Shown here: one piece after another, positions 21,483-26,218 of the stretch | Numbering within the stretch: position 1 is the first letter of the stretch | How the letters are laid out: every line of letters starts with the position of its first letter | Assembly: GCF_004010195.1 (NCBI RefSeq) | Contig: NC_057750.1 | Coordinates: 8,661,524 to 8,687,741 of the forward strand | Source of the DNA: Chiloscyllium plagiosum | Taxonomy: Eukaryota | Reading direction: 5' to 3' | Length of the DNA stretch: 26,218 nucleotides | The notes under the pieces: model-generated | Told to the model about the DNA's origin: nothing | What the model saw: only the letters and a program-made list of their open reading frames with translations | The model's database searches: none | Program-made: the position numbers and the translations under genes

Positions 21483-21755
21483 TTTGCATTTATACAGTGC
21501 CTTCTGCAGCCTCAGGAGAACCCTTACAGATGTACTCTCAAGTTGTTGATCTTGTCATAATGCAAGAAATGAGTTTGACACACAGTAAGATCCCACAATC
21601 CGTACTGATCAAATGATCCACTTTCATAGAATTGTTATGGGGATTAATATTGGCCCAGGACACCAGGAAGAACTCCCTAGCCTTTTTCCAACACTAATGC
21701 CTGATCTTCTATGTTCACCAAATGTAAGCCTTTGTTTAATGAGTTATCCCAGAAT
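21483..21755 (-). mobile_element. Degenerate Deu-domain SINE
   Basis: ttgcatttatacagtgcc tail, cacagtaagatcccaca, aatattggcccaggacaccaggaagaactccc; reverse-complement similar to 24181-24498. Confidence 0.65.
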
Positions 21756-21812
21756 ATTAAGTGCCATAATTCCTATACATTTGGTATGTAATCCTGGTAT
21801 AAGTACCAATTA

Positions 21813-22320
21813 AGAGTAGAAGTAGTCCATTTGGCCCTTTGGGCCTTCTCCCCATTCACTAAGATCATGGCTGATATGATAGGGCCTCAAATCTATATTC
21901 CCGCCTAGTCCCTCTCCCGATAACCTTTGACACTCCCTTTCTCACACCAGCTGAGATTACCATTAACGACTCTCCTTCTCAACCTCTTCCCTTGCTTGAG
22001 GCATGGTGGCCTTCAGGTTAAATCACCGCCATCGTCTCCCTTTAATGAGCAAGCAGCCCTATGGTCCTCTGGGACTATGGCAACTTTACCTTTTACCATC
22101 AAAAGTCTGTCTAACTCGACCTTGAATTTATTCAATGACTCAGCCTCTGCTGCTCACTGGGACCTCTGAATTCCAGAGACTCAGTGCTGTAAGCGAAATA
22201 AAAACTCTCATCACTGTCTTAAATGGGAGACCCCTGATTTTTAAATTGCATCCCCTCTTTCCAGTCTACCCACACAGGGGAACATCCTCACAGCACCCAC
22301 CCTCAGGGGTTCCCTCAGGA
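21813..22320 (-). mobile_element. Old CR1 3' fragment containing a nested SINE fragment
   Basis: agtagaagtagtccatttggccc..aagatcatggctgat, resuming after 22095 as caaaagtctgtctaactc..cagcctc..gaattccagagactca. Confidence 0.65.
21939..22095 (+). mobile_element. 5'-truncated SINE, same family as 11360-11549
   Basis: ttctcacaccagctgagattaccat..ttaaatcaccgcca..ctatggcaactttaccttttac aligns to 11430-11549. Confidence 0.7.
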
Positions 22321-22745
22321 GCACATACAAATTCTCAACAATAATGATATCCTATAGAGTTCAAGTAATTCCCTGTCTTGCTGCTTTGTTGCCACCCACG
22401 TGCAGTGTGTGTGCTGATGAACTATAAGTTCATTAATTTTATATACACCCCAGCCCCCCAAAGCAGAGCTGGTATTTGCCAATGGTAATGAGCTCTGTTG
22501 TCGAGTAAAGAGCTGGCATTTCAAGAACGGGGCAAGCCTTTTTGGTGACAGAGGAGCAGTATTTGTTTGTGTAGAGTCCCATCCAAGCACAGCAGCTGTA
22601 CAAATGCAGCATATTTCCTTGAACAAACAGCATATGTCTGATGTGAGCACTTGTTCCATAAATCTTCCTGTTGTGTTCATAAAACCTTTCAATAATTAAA
22701 GACCCACGTCTCGATTCAGTGAGGCATTGTTTGACCAGACTGGAG

Positions 22746-22980
22746 GGATACCTGATCCCACAGAGGCCCTTTGGGTACTGGATCCCCACAGGCCATGTGA
22801 GTACTGGATCTCGCTGACAGTGCGGCTGCTGGATCCTGTGGGGCTGTGCAGATATTTCTGGATCCTGCAAAAGGTGTGAGTATGGGGTGGTTTGGTCATC
22901 TATGTCACTGGATCCTAAATGTGATATGGTTAATGGATTCCTGTGGATGTTATAGATACCAGATTCTGGTGCATATGCCA
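22746..22980. repeat. Degenerate ~26-bp tandem repeat with a conserved ctggatc(c) core
   Basis: Core or variant at 22752, 22778, 22804, 22829, 22858, 22908, ~22933 and ~22959. Confidence 0.65.
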
Positions 22981-23032
22981 GAATGTGTGAAGATTGAACC
23001 CATAGGTGATGCCGGCAGTGGTTCATGCAAGT

Positions 23033-23228
23033 AACTCACCAAGGCTCCTTAGACAGTACCATCCAACCCGTGACATTTGCCACCTTACAAGCACAAGGGC
23101 AGCAGATACATGAGAACATCACCACCTGAAGGTATTCCTCCAAATCATGCATTATCCAGACTTGGAAATATATCGCCGTTCTTTCAGTGTCATTGGGTCA
23201 AAATGCCTTCCTAACACCACTTTGGGTA
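23033..23228 (+). mobile_element. LINE 3' fragment, same family as 7160-8115
   Basis: Similar to the reverse complement of 7245-7400 and 7769-7790. Confidence 0.65.
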
Positions 23229-24180
23229 TCCAGCTGTTAGATTTATCATAAGGTTAATACTAACATTCAAAGTCAACGACTCTTCAGGATGGGTGAAGTT
23301 TGCAGCTGTTTGCTAATCTGGGTGACAGAGCATTAATGAAACCCTTCCTTCAGAACGTCAGTGCAAATTTGAGGATGACCCTAATTAGAATATGCCATTG
23401 CTGTGGCCGAATGGATATAAACGTTTGGGAGAAGAATAATGACTATGCCATGTTTTGTGGCCAAAATTGCCCCTCCAACTAGCACCAAGGATTCACTGAG
23501 AACAAGAGTGTGATTGATTGTGCCACAACTGACAGTTTTCACAATCTGACTGTGTACACCTGTGCTTACAAGAACTATAGCACTTCAAAATAATTCTGGG
23601 GATGTGCAGCACTCAGTGGCATTACTGAGAAGCCGATAAGTTGCTATTTTAATGAATGTCTGTTTTCACAGTTGAAGAATACATCAATGATGAATGAAGA
23701 GAGGCTGGAATGTGATGCCTTTGCACATTTAGCAAACTGCCAACACTCACCGTTGTTGGTAAATGTTAGCACTGACACTCACAATCAGCGAGAGTGACAG
23801 GGATCGCAGAGGGCTGTATTCTCAAAGTGACAATATTAGACTGATAAATATCATAGAATTGTACAGGACAGAAGGAGACCATTCAGCTTGTTATGTTCAA
23901 GTTGGCTCCTTCACGGAGTAACCTAATCATCCTGCTGGCCTGTCCTTACTTAATCTGCAGCGTTTTATTTTCTCCTTCAAGAATTTATCCAGGTCCCCTT
24001 TGAAAGCTATAATTGTATGCCACAGCCTATGAGGCAGCGCATTCTAGACCTTAACCACGCGTAAGGTAAAAACGTTTCTTTTTCCTGTTGACCTCACATT
24101 GGTTTGATAAGTCACAGCAGGCTCAGATATGGTTCCACGGATAGCAACCCCATCCTTCTTTCCCCAACTTCACAGTTGAC

Positions 24181-24498
24181 GGTGCAGTACTGCAGTGTTG
24201 AGGGTACTGTCTTTCAGATGAGATGTTAAAGCAAGGTCCCATCTGTCCTCTCAGTTGGGAATAAAAGATCCCATGCACTGTTTCAAAGAAGTGAAAGAGG
24301 GGTTCTCTGTGTTGTCCTGGCCAATGTTTATCCCTCAATCAACATTGCAAAAACTGATGAGATGGTAGTCATCACATCACTATCAAAAATTGCTGTATGT
24401 AATTTGCTGTATTGCTACATTTCAAAAATGACTTCATTAGCTGCCCAGCAGGGACATGGTGAGATATGAAGGGTGACTTATAAAATTTAAGACTATTT
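24181..24498 (+). mobile_element. Deu-domain SINE (SacSINE1/AmnSINE1-like)
   Basis: gtgcagtactg..gtctttcagatgagatgttaaagcaaggtcccatctgtcctctcag..taaaagatcccatgcact..tgtcctggccaatgtttatccctcaatcaacat is the recognisable Deu core. Confidence 0.78.
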
Positions 24499-24996
24499 TG
24501 AAATTGTTGCCCTCTCAGTATTAAATCTGATTAAGAAGCCCACTGCTTGGAGTGAACATCACCTGACAACAACTACATAAAATGTGAATGTAACTCTGGG
24601 CCTCTATTGAGGAAGCTCAACACAATGAAGAGCCAGTGCTCGGATTTACAGTGCGGGCAAAAAGTCCAAGAAAGCCAGTCAGGAAACAGTCAATTAACCA
24701 CAATATTTACCATTAGCCTCAGCACCTCTGGATTGGGAAGTGTGAAATACCCCTGTGTTCTTGCTCTAGCTCATCACCCATTGGAAAGTAGATATCAGGC
24801 AGGATTTGGTTCAGCTATGATACCTGCTGCAGTCAAATAGCCCACTGAGACAATTTGGGCATGAGATGTAAACCAAGGTGAATGAGGTACCAGAGGCTTA
24901 TTCATTCAAGCCCCCATACCTCTAGCCCTTAAACAAGAAGTCAGCTATTTCAGGGAAAGGAGGAAATTGGTAATGGGGAAAAAAAATCAAATAAAC

Positions 24997-25127
24997 CTAC
25001 ACCACATGGGCTGCAGTGGTTCAAGAAGATGCCTCATCACCACCTCCACAAGGCAGTTAGGAATGGGCAATGAATATTGGTCAGGCCAACGGCATCCATA
25101 TTCCATGAACAAATGAGAAAAAAAAAG
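24997..25127 (+). mobile_element. LINE/SINE 3' tail with poly(A)
   Basis: ctgcagtggttcaagaag..gggcaatgaatattgg..ccatgaacaaatgagaaaaaaaaa; shared with 7160-7225 (minus) and 13916-13968. Confidence 0.6.
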
Positions 25128-25152
25128 ACTTTTTAAATTTCAGGGTTTTTAA

Positions 25153-25405
25153 GTTCATTCTTAGGGTGTTGGTATCATTGGCAAGGCTGACATTTATTGT
25201 CCATCACTAATTGGATTAAGAATCAACCATATTACAATCTGGAGTCACATTTAGGACAGACTGGATAAGGACAGCACTAGTGAATCTGATGGGTTTTTCC
25301 ACAGAAACAGTTTTATGGTAATCATTGGACTCTTAATTTCACATATTATTGAATTCAGATTCCATCATCATATTGACAGGATGCAAACCCAGGTACTCAA
25401 AATAT
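25153..25405 (-). mobile_element. Degenerate SINE, same family as 13203-13968
   Basis: tctggagtcacat, tagtgaatctgatgggttttt and ttattgaattcagattcc are reverse complements of the 13203 family body. Confidence 0.65.
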
Positions 25406-25419
25406 TCTTTAAACCTCTG

Positions 25420-26218
25420 AGTTGGGGGGAAGGGAAAGTGAAAGCAACAGGGAGTATGGAGTTAAATGGAAAGATAAGCAGCAGGATAGCATATGTGCAG
25501 GCGGATTTAAACTTGAGGCAGACTAGGAATGCAGCAAAAAGGAAGGATAACTTAGGACATCTTATGACTTCCAATATCTCTAATGATAAGAAAGTTAGCA
25601 TGAAGACACTTTAGCTGAATGCTCGTAGCATTCGTAACAAAGCAGATGAACTAATGGCACAGATCACCGTGAATGATTATGATGTGGTAGACATCACAGA
25701 GATGTGGTTACAGGGGGGGTCAGGACTGGCAGTTAAACATCCAAGGACTTTCAACTTATTGAAAAGACAGGGAGATGGGCAGAAGGGGCAGGGTTGCCTT
25801 GTTAGTTAAGAACAAAATTAAATCTATGGCACTGAATGACATAACGTCGGATGATGTGGAGTCTGTGTGGGTGGAATTGAGAAACCACAAAGGCAAAAAA
25901 ACCATAGTGGGAGCAATGTACAGACCTCCTCACAGTGGTCAGGACCAGGGGCGCAACATGTACCGGGAAATAGAGAAGGCATGTCAGAAAGGCAAGGTCA
26001 CGGTGATCATGGGAGACTTCAGTATGCAGGTGGACTGGGTAAATAATGTTGCCAGTTGATCCAAAGAAAGGGAATTCATGGAATGCTTACAGGATGGCTT
26101 TTTGGAACAGCTTGTCATGGAGCCCACAAGGGAGCAGGTAATTCTGGACCTAATGCTATGTAATGAACCAGACTTTATAAAAAATCTTAAAGTAAGGGAA
26201 CACTTAGGAAGCAACGAT
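25420..26218 (+). mobile_element. CR1 LINE ORF2 N-terminus (APE endonuclease), decayed, runs off the window end
   Basis: LNARSIRNKADEL..YDVVDITEMWL, GRVALLVK, VESVWVELRN, MYRPP, VIMGDFS..VDW, EPTREQVILDL, HLGSND. Confidence 0.9.

Noticed and set aside
22746..22980. CRISPR array
   Set aside because: The context is eukaryotic, the core is only ~8 bp, spacers are ~18 bp with residual mutual similarity, and there are no cas genes.
22439..23026. 195-aa minus-strand ORF as a host exon
   Set aside because: It has no recognisable domain, overlaps the degenerate tandem repeat and has no splice or codon support.

Overview
This is eukaryotic, repeat-dense intergenic or intronic DNA with no supportable host gene. 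The repeat families (HE1-type V-SINE, Deu-domain SINEs, many CR1 LINE subfamilies) point to a cartilaginous fish, most likely a shark; this is an inference from recognised repeats. Most of the window is retroelement: a near full-length decayed CR1 (791-5466, minus), many truncated or nested CR1 copies, an RTE/BovB-like fragment, an L2 fragment, several SINEs and two families of Penelope-like elements (PLEs). Three observations stand out. First, two ~225-240 bp fold-back (palindromic) PLE terminal-repeat insertions, each with a 15-bp target-site duplication (TSD), a one-sided ~33-bp tail and a minimal hammerhead-ribozyme motif in both arms; a third, linear copy ties them to a GIY-YIG endonuclease C-terminus. 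Second, a 53-bp perfect inverted copy of local CR1 ORF1 sequence patched into a deletion junction 4.6 kb away. Third, a degenerate ~26-bp periodic array with a conserved CTGGATCC core. Boundaries of old repeats are approximate, and family names come from recognition, not a database search.
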